From positions 1 through 50,203 of the forward strand of contig MCFE01000643.1 in the NCBI GenBank assembly GCA_002104905.1: a stretch of DNA of 50,203 nucleotides, written 5' to 3'. The DNA comes from Basidiobolus meristosporus CBS 931.73. Lineage: Eukaryota; Fungi; Basidiobolomycota. How positions within the stretch are numbered: the stretch's first letter is position 1; every line of letters begins with the position of its first letter. Positions 26,117 to 37,990 of this stretch are shown in pieces. The notes under the pieces are model-generated. The model was not told where the DNA came from. It ran no database searches and saw nothing but the letters and a program-made list of their open reading frames with translations. Both the position numbers and the translations under genes were made by a program.

Positions 26117-28360
26117 ATGCCACCAAAAAATAAAGTAAAGTCCTCTGGTTTCCAACCAAACCCCATCACTGACAGCAGCAGAGAAATGGTTGTACTACAG
26201 CTTGTCTTGACATTTAATGCAACAAGTAGGGCTATAACCCTAAAAGGCCCTTTGGACAGCGTGCTCACTGAAGGTAATTATGCAGACTCCTCAGGCTTGC
26301 AATCAAGTAGGCAATTTGGAATAGCTGCTGAGCTGCAAGCTGGCCATAATGCTGTGGCAAATGAAAATGTAGCAAAAGCAGTGCCCCAGTTGAAGACCAG
26401 CAACTGGCTGTCATAGTATTACCATCACCTGTATTTGCAACTATGGTATCAGCTCATACCAAAGCATTGATGAAGCAATTAGGTGCTGTGGCTGATTGGA
26501 TATATGCAATGGCCCAGAGCAATCAGGAAATTGTCCAGAAACAGGATGAGTGGATAATACATGTAGAGCAAGCAATATTTCAGGTAGAGAAAGCAATAAC
26601 TTTGTTGCAATCAAGGAACTCAACCAGCTCAATGTCACAGTCAAGAATTGAGCCATTTCCTGATGTAACAGCAGAGGAGCACCATACAGTCTTTGAAGCA
26701 CAACAACAGTGCCCAAAGATAAAGCCCACAGAAAAACCTAGTGGATAAAAGGTCTTGAGCGATCAATACACCAGGTAGAGAAAGTAGTATCTTTGCTGCA
26801 AAGAAGGAACTCAAGTAGCTCAATGTCATAGTCAACAACTGAGCTATTTCCAAATGTAATAGCAGAGGAACACCATACAGTCTTTGAAGCACTACAACAG
26901 TGCTGATAGAAAAGCCCACAGAAAAATCTTTCATAGAATGGGAGGGAGAGAATGTAGTGTTTATACTAAAGCCTAAAAATCAAAACATATTGATGATCTA
27001 TGAAACTGTTGAGTGCAATGATGAAGAGTGGGCCAATATTCAAGAGGCATTTGGAAGTCTAGCCTGCCAACACCCTAAGGCCAGCACACCATGGGAGCAT
27101 CACAAACTCAAGGTCAAGCAGAATGTGCTTGACTTGCTCCATGAGCATTATGCTGGATTCAAACTAGCAAACAGATTTTGGGCCAACATATGTATATTGA
27201 GAAAGTATCTCAGGAATAGTGGAAAATATCCAAGACCAAAGAACAACAGTGCAATGGCTGAAAACCAGCAGCTTCCTTAAGAGCCCATCACAAGCAGGGT
27301 CAAAAGCTCTAAGTAAGCATCAAAGAGACATCTGGTAGCTGGAATAGTGCCAATAAGGGAAATGCTGGCAGACATAGGTGCAGCAGCACTACCTTTTCTA
27401 AGGAAAAGGCATAGCTCTACTCAAGAAGCACTCAGTCAAAGTAGCAGTGAAGGATCTAGGAGTGATAAAAACAAGCTGCTACTACAGGAGCCTGTCACAG
27501 CATAGGTTGAGTGCTCAAAACAAGCAGAAAAGAATCATCCAGTTGCTTGCAGAGTGCCACCTAGGGACAAGCAGACCAAAACAGACTCATCAGAGCAGCA
27601 TTTATCAAGGCAAAAACATAGCCCAATACCAGAAGAACTCCAACAAAGTAGCAGTGAAAGATTTAATAGTGATAAAGGAAAAGGTAAAGGGAAAATAGTC
27701 TACACAAGCCAGAGACCTGGAAGTGCAAGAAAAAATCTGAAGTTCCTGCCAATTAAAGCCATAAGCCTAGAACAGACTGAATCTCATAATAGCCAAGAAG
27801 AAGTACCAGCAAGAAAACAGCTGCTTTCACAACAGCTTGAAGTGCAGCCAGTTGGGATACACTCCAGCAGGGTAGATGAGCTTGCAGAGAAAAGTAAGTT
27901 TCTACCATTACCTTCATGTCCTCCAATGTTAGTTGATTAGAGACCCCACTGACAGACAGAGCTACAACATCAAGAGTTCAAATGACTATCACAATGCATT
28001 CAGTGGAATATTTGAACATTGATAGTTACACCAAGATGTTGCAGCACTTCTTCAAGAGCAGTGCACAAGAAAACTCACATGAGTATTGCAAGTATTTATT
28101 GCAAAGACTGGCATATGTGGTGCTAGACCTTGTGGTGCCAGCTAAAGATTGGGAGGTAAGGGAACCAGCAAATAAACAGCAGCATAAAGCTGTAGGGTTC
28201 CTGCCAAAGTCATGGAAGCAGAGCATTACAGCAGAAATACTTATTGAGTGGTGGATTTGAATGGAGTTACTTGTTGAGTGTGGGGTTAGGCTTAATGCTA
28301 ATATAGGGTGTAGAGAATTAAACAGGTCAATACATTGGTAATTGAGGTAAAACTGAAGCT
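26117..28360 (+). pseudogene. CACTA d accessory gene, with an internal ~190-bp tandem duplication
   Basis: ORFs 26117..26416, 26443..26748, 26900..27280, 27554..27940 and 27982..28260 are collinear with 39976-42013(-). Confidence 0.8.
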
Positions 28361-28849
28361 TCAATGTAAATAAATCAATCTGTATTCTTGAGATGTAAGA
28401 GAAACAGTTGAGTTAGGAAGTAAGGAGTGTGTAAAAGAGAAATTAGCTAACCAATGCACACAAATATAAGAGGTGAGAGAGTGTTTGGATCGGAAGTTGA
28501 GAAGATTGGCAGAGAATCAATCAAAAGCAACTTTTGTATTGTTGTGATGAAAAATTTTGACCAAGTTTTTGTGAAATCTAGGGTGCAAATATTTTTTGAT
28601 GGTCTGTGTATGGTGTCCTGATGGCATTATTACCTCTTAGTCATGGGACTTAGAATCTGCAATGGCATTTTGATGGGATCATCACAATAATCTCTCATAG
28701 GGTTAGCAAAACATCATCAATATTCTGTCATAATATTGTGTGGAGGGTCTTTTGTTACAACCTGCAGGCATTATGATGGCCTCATAAGAGGATCTTGACA
28801 GTAGATACTGATTGGATCCACCTGTGGGACCAAAATACTATTCATAGGA

Positions 28850-29055
28850 TAATGTAGAAGCAGTTACACTTAGTGACTATACATGATTTGAAGAGTAATG
28901 ATTGCAATACAATAAGCAGGTGAGATAGTCAGCAAGTTTATGGGACAGTTATAATCAGGACTAATGGGGTAATACTAAACAACAGTAGCAGAAAACAGGC
29001 AAGTAAAAAATATTAGAGTTAGTGCATCTGTCTGTGTATGTCACTATGACCTTAC
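28850..29055 (-). mobile_element. Fragment of LTR family X
   Basis: Similar to ~8850-9000 (TAAGCAGGTG.GATAGTC...CATCTGTC...TGTCACT). It is cut at 29056 by a Copia LTR. Confidence 0.55.
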
Positions 29056-29175
29056 TGTTGTAAGAGTTTTGGAGATATTAGAACTGATTGGGAGAACAAG
29101 TAAATTATGTGGTTTTCACGTAAAGATTTATTAAATGTAAAAGTAGTATTTATACTTTTACCTAGCTTGAGCTTG
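29056..29175 (-). repeat. Truncated Copia LTR
   Basis: TGTTGTAAGAGTTTTGGAGATATT matches the LTR 3' end for about 110 bp. Confidence 0.85.
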
Positions 29176-29211
29176 CACATGCAGAGATACTTTCTTGTCT
29201 TTGTCACTATT

Positions 29212-29700
29212 AAACTTGCTCCACCATATAGTACCAAGGGTACACATTATGGCACAGTCTTGCAAAATGAGGCTGTCACAGATGAGCACTCCTACCTCTT
29301 ATGTTTGTATCACCTGTGTAATTAGATAACACCACTATGGTAAGTCTAATCAGGTTTTCAAGACATTGCTTTGATATGAATGAGAAGCAATTTGCAAAAC
29401 ATTATACTATGCTGGTACTCACCAGTTAGGCCACCTTCATTCTGATTAGAAGGTAGGAGAGTGGTTGATAGCTCTAAATGTATCCTGAAGCTGTGAATAC
29501 CCAATTGGCTCAATGACCAATACTTGGGCTATCTGCAGGGTGTCACTGAGTGTAGGATAACTGACTAAGATGATACTAGTAGTGCTTAGGCTGTTAAAGA
29601 TCAGAATATATATAGGATTGCTTATATTGCAATATATTGGAAACCAATAGTCAGCTATATACATTAAGATATACCAATTCCCTGGCACAGGAGGTGTGGA
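29212..29700 (+). mobile_element. Old PHIS remnant (copy 5)
   Basis: A decayed TIR, AAACTTGCTCCA, is preceded by ATT. Patches match ~5410-5450 and ~5655-5700. Confidence 0.55.
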
Positions 29701-29849
29701 CACATCAACTTGACTATTTGAGCAGATAGTCCAAAGTTAGCCTATTTCTGGAGTAACATTGAATCACCAGTAAGTATAGAGTATCATCAAGCAGGAAATT
29801 ATGTAAGCCAACACATTGCCTTTCAAGAGCACTGGGTGAATCAAGACAA

Positions 29850-31969
29850 TAAATGCTAAATCTAGCTCTCAGATCTATGTAACCTTATACAATGTGTGTT
29901 CTTAAGCCAAAAATAGTGCATAGCTACATTTACATTTAGGTATCCAAAATATATTTGGGTCTACTTCATAGAGGGAAGTGATGAAGTTCTGTCTAAGCTC
30001 AGTGAGCTCAAAGCAATTTCAGACAGAAAGATGGTTTAAAAAATCAAGAAAAGAAACTCACATAGTGGCAGAGAGTTCACCTTAATACTCTCCATCCACA
30101 TTTGCAGGACACCAAGGATAATGCAAGAGATAGCTGCTCTATATCCCCACAGCAAAATGAAGTGCCCAACCATGCAAACATATAAAAAACCTTGATGATA
30201 TATATAGAACAAAACTAATTACTATTGGTTTATATCTTGAGAATTAGAGTTATAGAAGAGTCATTTGTTACTCTACTCATTTAAGGTATATTATGAATAA
30301 CTGTCAGGAGGATATTGCTTAAGTTAATCTGATTGACAACCATATGCTATAAAACCAGCTCAAAATCAGTCAAATATTAAGCCAACAAGTATAAAAGGCA
30401 TATTGTGACCTGAGCTATTAGATGCAGAGGGGTCTTATTGTATCTAAGAGAAAGTGCAATAGATCTCTTGAATGCTTTAACTGAGCCAAAAGGACAATTA
30501 AGTGCAGGATCTTAAAGTTGTATGTGAGTGGCAAAATTATTAGCTGAGAGATTCTGGTCTAATATTGATGTTGTATATAGCTGGGTTTGGCTATAAGGGA
30601 AATTGAGTTGGTTTGCAATGCAGGATAGGCTTGGTATCCTTAGATGTGCCAGATATGCTTAACTTGGTCAGAAACTAGAATAAAATTATCAAACTTTTAA
30701 TCATGCTGAGAAACAATCTTAATTTTGTTAAGGCACACACAAATCCAAAAAACTCAGTAAGCTTTATTTATACTTTTCTGATCAGGTCAAATTAGTAGGT
30801 ATCAAGAAACTGGATTAATTGAAAATAATATTGGTATTGATAGGTGCATAAGATAAATGAAATTTCATCATCAATCAGCTGATATCTTGGCAACTGCTAA
30901 GTGGCAGATAGATCCCAGATGACTAATCACTTGGGAAGGCTTAGCAGATTAGTTGATAATGCAATGGCCACATGATTATTGAATAGGTGTGACAGCTCAA
31001 TATAGTTCCAGAGGTGGGATAATGTAAACCATAATTGTGATTGGTTATGTTTAGGTAGGGAATATCAGTTAGGGTACTAGATTTTCTTACAAGATATAAG
31101 TTACCTGAGTTTTAAATGTTGATGCACAACAGGTCTTCAAGTAAAAGTACCAGGGCAATGATACAACTGAAAGATGCAAAGCATGACCTGCGCACAGCAA
31201 CTACTTTTAAGCAAAAGGACTGGACTACATTGAAACCTTTCTACTGGCCACCAAGTTTAACTCCATTAAATCAATCTTAGCTACTGCAGCCAAATATAAG
31301 TTTATATAAGGCAAATAGATGTTGACACTATACTTTTGGGTGGGAATTTGACAAAAATGTGTATATGGACCAGCCTAATGGTTTTGTGAACAAATAAAGC
31401 CTCCATTTGCTCTGCAAGCTGAAAAATCCATGTAAGCTCTCAAACTATCACCTAGAGCCTGGAACTGAAAGATAGATCCATGTTGGTAATCCCCAAATCT
31501 CTAAAGAGGCACTGCTAACTTTAGTGCCTATCATAAGTCAGATAGTATAGATCCAACTCCATTGGCTTTATATATATGATCTTTGTTAAGCCACCAGTAA
31601 CTAAATTAATTAGTAGAGACTAAGCCCAGGCAATTGAAGGGGTTTAAAATGCTCAGGCTTGTACAGCTCAGATCCTACCTAGAAATACAGTTCTCCTTAG
31701 AGCAAGATACCAAGACCATTACCTTAAGCTAGTCCAAGTATATTCAAAAAACCCTGAAAAAGTCTCAAATGAAAGACTATAAACCAGCAGCTACACCATT
31801 GGAGACAGACCTTAGCTTTCTCAAAACTCAGCCAAATCAAGAGAGACAGGAGCCATTTTAAAACTCAGACTTTCCTTACCAGTCTGTATATATTATATTT
31901 TGTAGCTACATATGTATACTCACCCAACTTGGTCACTTAACTCATTGTCCACAAATCTTAGAAAATTCC
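29850..31969 (+). mobile_element. Highly decayed Copia remnant (INT and RT patches, start of an LTR that continues at 35586-35852)
   Basis: GGGTCTACTTCATAGAG (~29915) and the RT patches at ~31130-31880 match copy D. No intact ORF remains, and boundaries are approximate. Confidence 0.7.
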
Positions 31970-32434
31970 TGTTTCAAGAGTCTTCAAGATATTGGAAGTG
32001 ATTTGGAGAACAAGTAGATCATGTGATTCTTGCTTAATGATTTATTAAATGTAAAAGTAGTGTTTATACTTTTACATTAACTTGGCATAACAAACAAGTA
32101 GAATGAGCTAAGAAAGGTCCCTAGAGCATGTATGCAAAGATTGGGGCTGTTAGTACATTTTTGACAATTTTCATGTTCTGGGTACCTGATGTTTTGATGA
32201 AAATATTCTAAGTAAATACCAACATGGAATTTGGTTGGTATTCTCTAAGGTTCGCAGATAATAGACTTGTTCCATTGGATAGTGCCACATAGTGCCAGCC
32301 TGCTTATAGTGCTGGATCAATCTGGCACTATCTGGCATTATAATTTTACCATAATGCCAGTGGTAGGATATAGTCACTGGTAATTTTACTCAATCTTACT
32401 TATGTTGCTCAGAGTAGTGCTTTCCTTGCTTTAT

Positions 32435-32815
32435 TTACTCTTCATAATGCTCCAGACACATTTCTCTCAGTGGTTGTCTTCTTGTATGAATATACTGTGA
32501 ATTGATAAGTATCTTAACTATTTTACCTATTTTGCTGTTTTCTCCTATATATGACTTTCCTCTGTATTTACCTTCCAATATGCTGAATCTCTTCAGATAT
32601 CCAAATGTATGTTCTACCCTCACTCTGAAATAATTGAATATCCCATTGTAGAGCTTCTGCTTCCTGCTATGCACACCATTCCTTGGCTTCCTATAAGCTG
32701 TAATACATCCTAATCTCTGACAATCCTCTCCTATATAAGCCAAGTCTGCCATACATTTCTCCCTTCTACTGAACTCTGGATGATTCTCTACCCAGAGTGC
32801 TTCGTCATGCCTACT
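32435..32815 (-). pseudogene. PHIS transposase C-terminal part; ~0.5 kb upstream is deleted
   Basis: Reads MADLAYIGEDC...YNGIFNYFRVRVEHTFGYLKRFSIL, which includes the third catalytic residue (E). Confidence 0.9.
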
Positions 32816-33863
32816 TCCATCAGGCTGAGATGATTTGATTCAACTTGGTGCAATAAGCTTTATTCATCTGAATTTACAGGCATTATAATCAAATCACCAT
32901 CAATTGCCATGTATCTCATCATTATGCTGCAAAAATCATTCTCAAACAATGACTGGATATTTTTATTGATGTTTTAGTCACAAGTCTATAATCAAATAGG
33001 AAATCTGCAATTGATGTGATCTGATCAGTGTCAATGCAATCCAAGATGCATCATGCGTAATATATGGAAAATTCAGCAATCACTTTATTTTTCATATATG
33101 TTTTATATAAAACCAGGTTGATACCAATACACCACTGTATAAGTATCCAAATCTGTTGCTATGGTCCCTGTACCAAGTCTCAACTCATCTTTAGTTCAAC
33201 TCAGACAAAACCCCTCCCCCAGCTCACAAGCGTAGTCCAGACCAGAAAAGGAGATGGCAGATCCGTTCAAGTTCTTGCCAAATGATTTCAGTATGGCCCA
33301 AGTGTCTATGATGAGCCTTCATACAGATATTTAGGCACAACTCATTAATCTAGCAGATCTAGATACCTTGGAGAGTTGACTGAGATGGAAGAACCTGAGT
33401 AGAAAGCTGTGGCATGAGTTCTACATCAAGATGTCAACGGATGCATGTAGGAAGATATATAACAAGACAAGTATTGAAATCAAGAATGAGCTGAGAGTGA
33501 GGGGATTTGATGAGGAAGCCATGCAGGAACAATTTTGCATGCAAATTGCGCAGTATGGGCCGGATGCGTCCATTTGTGCCTCAACTTTGGGAACCAATGA
33601 GATTTTGAATGAGTTTTTGCCTCAAATGACTAATGTATTATGTGATATATTAGTAGAGCTAAGTGGCTTCCAAGAGTAATATACACAGGGCTTATCCAGG
33701 CAACAGTTGCAAAGTATTAGACAGAAGGTAAGTGAATAACTTGAGGAATCAGAGGTGAGCTTCAAGAGGAAGAATACAGACTGCAAGCAACATCATCTAG
33801 ATTGCACCAGCATGCCCTGCTGGATTCCTTACCATCCCTTGCAGCTTCAGCATGCCAGCACAC

Positions 33864-34232
33864 TGTTGAAATATTGGACTATTTGGTATCATTCAGCAGC
33901 TAAAAATTTACTTAACAATTCTAGGCTAGTCTTGGTCACTGTAGGACTCATTTACTGCCTTAACTTTGCCACTTTCTCCAGATATATGATCTTATGATTA
34001 TTCCCCTATAGTCAGGATAAAATTAGCACTGTTACCAAACATTATGTACTAACCCTGAAACTGTTACAGAATGCTCCTGAATATTGAGAAACCCTCCCTA
34101 CTTAGTGTTGCAGCTGTATTACTTCTACAAAGGTATAAATACTGAGCTTCTTTATGAATAAACAACAGTTCAACTATTATCACTATTTCTTGATAAGTTC
34201 CTTATATCCAAATCACTTCTTAAATTGCAACA
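33864..34232. mobile_element. Solo LTR of a separate family (Y)
   Basis: A 369-bp insert with TGTTG...CAACA ends and 5-bp TSD CACAC (33859-33863 and 34233-34237). It is absent from PHIS copies 1 and 2. Confidence 0.92.
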
Positions 34233-35859
34233 CACACATTAGTCTAAACTACGCCAACACCCTTCACAAGAGCGCCCTGCATTGACTCAACACATATCAG
34301 GTCAATGCGTGTGCTACAGAGCAAAACCGCCAGAACCCGCCAAACTGCTCAAAAAAACACAAGTCCATTGGAGCAGGCCAAGCCATGTCAACAAGCAACA
34401 TCACATCAAACTCAGCCAAGGGCCATGCCAGTGCATCAAGTCACGTCTGCATGGGCCATTACACCTGACCATCACAGAGTTTCTTCCGGTGAACTGACTG
34501 ATGAGGACCCACATGAAGTGCCTCCAGCACCAGAGCCTCTGGCAAGTAAAAGAACGCATCAGTGCATAGCACTGCAGGCTGGCTCAGTTGCATCATCTGG
34601 AGCAATTCATCACAGCCAAGCTGCAGCACTGCACTCATCAACTAGAACGCAAAATACTGACTACAAATACACAAATAGCCACAAGGATAGTCAACAAGAA
34701 AGTAGTTTAGGTGTGCAAAGTGAATCACTACCAAATGCTTCAGTAGTGATCCCTGTGAGAAAAAAGCCTAGGAGAAGATGATGCAATTGCATTGAATTGC
34801 TATTATTTGTAATGATCCAAACAACACATTATTTTTTGCAATCCACATCAAACCATTGCATATCAGTGATCACTAAATATTTGATATAAGCAATATTAAG
34901 GTTGTCTCACATCTGAGAGAGGATCCCTATAAATAAATACCCTGCATATGTATACATCATCTGTGGCACCAGTGCAACCATTTGATCTGATTTGCACCCA
35001 TACAATTGGTTGCATGCTAGCTATGACACCTTGTCCAATCACTAGGGTCAGGGATTTACTTGCTTAATGGGGTAAAATGGGATATTTGATGGCAAATCAG
35101 GTAGCTTGTGTATTGGTCAAAGAGCCAATTGGGGGCTGAAAGCTTCAGGATACTTTTAGACCAATTAACCACTGAGATACCATCCAATTGGAGTGATGGT
35201 AACCAAAATGGTAAGTATCAGTGTAGTTTATAGTGTGATACACATTCATTTCCATTTGGATTAAAGTAACAAATCCAAATACCTGATTTTACCTACCCTA
35301 ATAGCTGTATCCAGTTGCGCACATGATGCAAACATTACAAGTAGGTGCAATCATTTGTGGCAACCTCATCATGTCAGATTGTGCCATAGTATGCAAGATT
35401 GTCCCACATGGTGCAAAAATATCCAGGAGCAATCCTGCCTACTGGTAGCTACAATATTGCGCCCAATTGTTCTTAGAGACCACAGATTGTGCTGCATGCC
35501 CTGGCGTGGTACAATGGAACAAGTGTAATGATCTAAGTGACTATTTTAGGTGAGTTTGTAAGTGGAATTACAAACTTTTACCACAATTCCAACCCTATTC
35601 CTCATTGATATTTACTAAGTGTATTTCATTAAAACATCAGGTGCCCTGATCATGAAATTCCTCAAAGTCATCCACACAGCTCAAAACTAGCACATATGAT
35701 CTTGTGGCCATTGAGCATATTTTATATGTTTGGAACTTAATTATCATGTAAAAACATGTAAATTACTTATAGACTCAATGTATTGCTGAGTGAGAACCAT
35801 ACAGTCAACTTGACCTCATGAATGCTTCCAATATCTCCAAAACTCTTAGAGCAAAAAAC

Positions 35860-37056
35860 ACTCTGATAAAAGCCTCAAAAGCATATGTCCAAAGCTACAG
35901 GACTTTTGGATCACTTTGATAGCACTCATGCTTTGGGTACCATATATACTGGTATATTAACATAGTGAGTTGCCTGTAGAGTTTTAAGCTAGATATACTT
36001 TAAGATGAAGACTTTGATACAAGTGACCAGGCTAAAAGGGTATCCTGTTGTAACTCCAGAGCCGGCAAGAAATAGGTGTTATGATAAAGTGCTGGAGATG
36101 CATAGCTCAAGCCCTGGGGCCTGACAAGGTGCTTGCAAGTTTTGTCTGCTCTCTCTTCATTTCTAATGTTACTAAAACCTTGCTGCAGATATGCAATATA
36201 TCTGCTCATCTGAGGTTGCCCAATGTGCCACTGCTTTTCCCTGGTGAATATATGCACCAATAGCTTTGACAAAGCCAGCATGGCTGCTCAACATAATACA
36301 AGATCCCTCAGATATTACTGGCTGCAGGGGTGATTTCTGTTACTTTGATTAGTATTAAAATTGAGTGTGTATTCTCTGAAATTCATTTTTGTGATTATAA
36401 ATATCTGATGTGTAAAGATCCTATTGCCATATCCCCTGGTTTGCGTATTTTAATGCTCTAAACCAGGTACCTACAGTATGTAAGAGCTGTGATTTGTTTT
36501 GGATTGATGTCAAGTCCATCCCTATCAAAAAACACAAATCTGAAGTTCATTGGATTTTTAGCTGTTATTTAACCAATATTGTGACAGCAATTTTCTGGTA
36601 TTAAGCAGGCTTCTCTGCCTCAGATTCTTAGTTGCAACTTTTGGTAGTAGTAATGAGCAGCTAATAACCAAATTTGGCATCAATGCTAGTTGGCCTAGTC
36701 TCCCCCTGCAAAGGATATCTGCTTGTCTGCTGCAAAGCTAGTACCCAAGATACTTAAAGTTGTTACTTTCAGGAAAGTTGGGATTTAGCTGAAATGATCA
36801 TGGCATACTGCTGGCCTTTTGTTAGTTTTTTTCTTAGCGCCTGTGCAGGGATTTGTATTAGGCTGGAGTATAACAAGACAATGGTCATAGGGCTGATTGC
36901 TTTCAGAGCTGGGATCTGCAGGCACAAGGGTGAGAATGCTCCAGCAAAGTGGTGTGCAGTACATTTACTACTTTGTAGAGCCATAACTAAGCCACTAATG
37001 ATCTGTAACATTTATAGAGATTAATGGAAACAGATTAAAATAAGAGCTAGGCTGCT
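35860..37056 (-). other. Possible decayed LINE reverse transcriptase remnant
   Basis: Minus-strand patches resemble GPDGLSY (~36100-36125) and DPK..PVAL.D (~35890-35920), but only if frameshifts are allowed. Confidence 0.3.
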
Positions 37057-37990
37057 ATTTGTGCTGTAAGAGTGTTGGAGATATTGGATATGATTGGGAG
37101 AACAGGTAGGTTATGTGGTCTTCACTTGATGACTTATAGAGTGTAAAAGTAGTATTTTTACTTTTACATGGTCTTGGCATAGCAAACATGTAGAATACGT
37201 TAAGCAAGGTCCCAGGAGCATGTGTGCAAAGTTTGGGCCTTTTGGACAACTTTGAGAATTTTCATGAGAAGTTAGATTTCTACCTAATTGTATACATTCT
37301 TGTTTATCTTGAAATAAAGTCATGAGTGTTTTTTGACATAGGCCTAAATCTGTAAAAAGCTTTCTTAACCACGTTGCTTCTTCTGTAGCTTCACAGGCTG
37401 CCATATACTCTGCCTCTGTGGTAGAAAGTGCTATAGTTAGTTGCTTTCTTGCTCCTTTACAGGAAAGCAAGGTGTATCCTGTGGTCAATCTTCTGCCTTT
37501 CAAATTTTGTCCCCAATCAGCATCAGAGTATCCTACAGGATCCTGTTCTGAGTCCTTATAAGTATGTCTTAAGCAGATATCAGTAGCTCCTTTTAGGTAT
37601 CTGAAAATCCATTTAACTGCTGCAATATGATCAAATCCATAGTTCTGATTATGCCAGCTGACAACTCCCGCCAAATATGAGATATCCAGATGTGTTCCAA
37701 GCATGATATACATTGGACTGTTGGCCATAGATTGCTAAGGAAAGTCAGGGCTTTCAGATGGCACAGAGCTCTCATGATTTGGTTGAGTTTTGATCAACTT
37801 AAGGTTTGTCTCCATTGGGGTAGCTACTGGTTTACAGTCTTCCATTTGATACTTCTTTAGTATATCCTGAATATACTTGGACTGGCTTAGGGTGATAGTC
37901 TGGGTACTTCTTCTTTATGGAGAACTTAATCCCTAAGTAGTAACTGAGTTCTCTTAGATTAGACATCTTGAACTCTCTAGATAGGCTGGA

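Larger units (their letters stand above)
17828..28702 (-). mobile_element. CACTA/CMC element, copy d, nested in the subterminal region of copy c
   Basis: TIRs CCCCATGAAAAAT (17828) and AATAATCTCTCATAGGG (28702), with TSD TTA on both sides (17825-17827 and 28703-28705). The flanks rejoin into a continuous older CACTA right end. Confidence 0.8.
32263..35526 (-). mobile_element. PHIS/Harbinger-type DNA transposon, copy 3
   Basis: TIRs AGACTTGTTCCATTG and CAATGGAACAAGTGT, with TSD AAT (32260-32262 and 35527-35529). Confidence 0.95.
31970..35585 (-). mobile_element. Copia solo LTR, split by PHIS copy 3
   Basis: LTR halves at 31970-32262 and 35527-35585, with TSD ATTCC (31965-31969 and 35586-35590). 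It sits inside an older + strand Copia LTR. Confidence 0.9.

Noticed and set aside
12242-28852. TSD for outer CACTA copy c
   Set aside because: The flanks (AGA / TAA) do not match and both TIRs are decayed. The pairing of its ends rests only on collinearity.
37111-37728. 205-aa ORF with a novel C-terminus
   Set aside because: It is Copia RNase H fused to LTR sequence by a CATG-mediated deletion.
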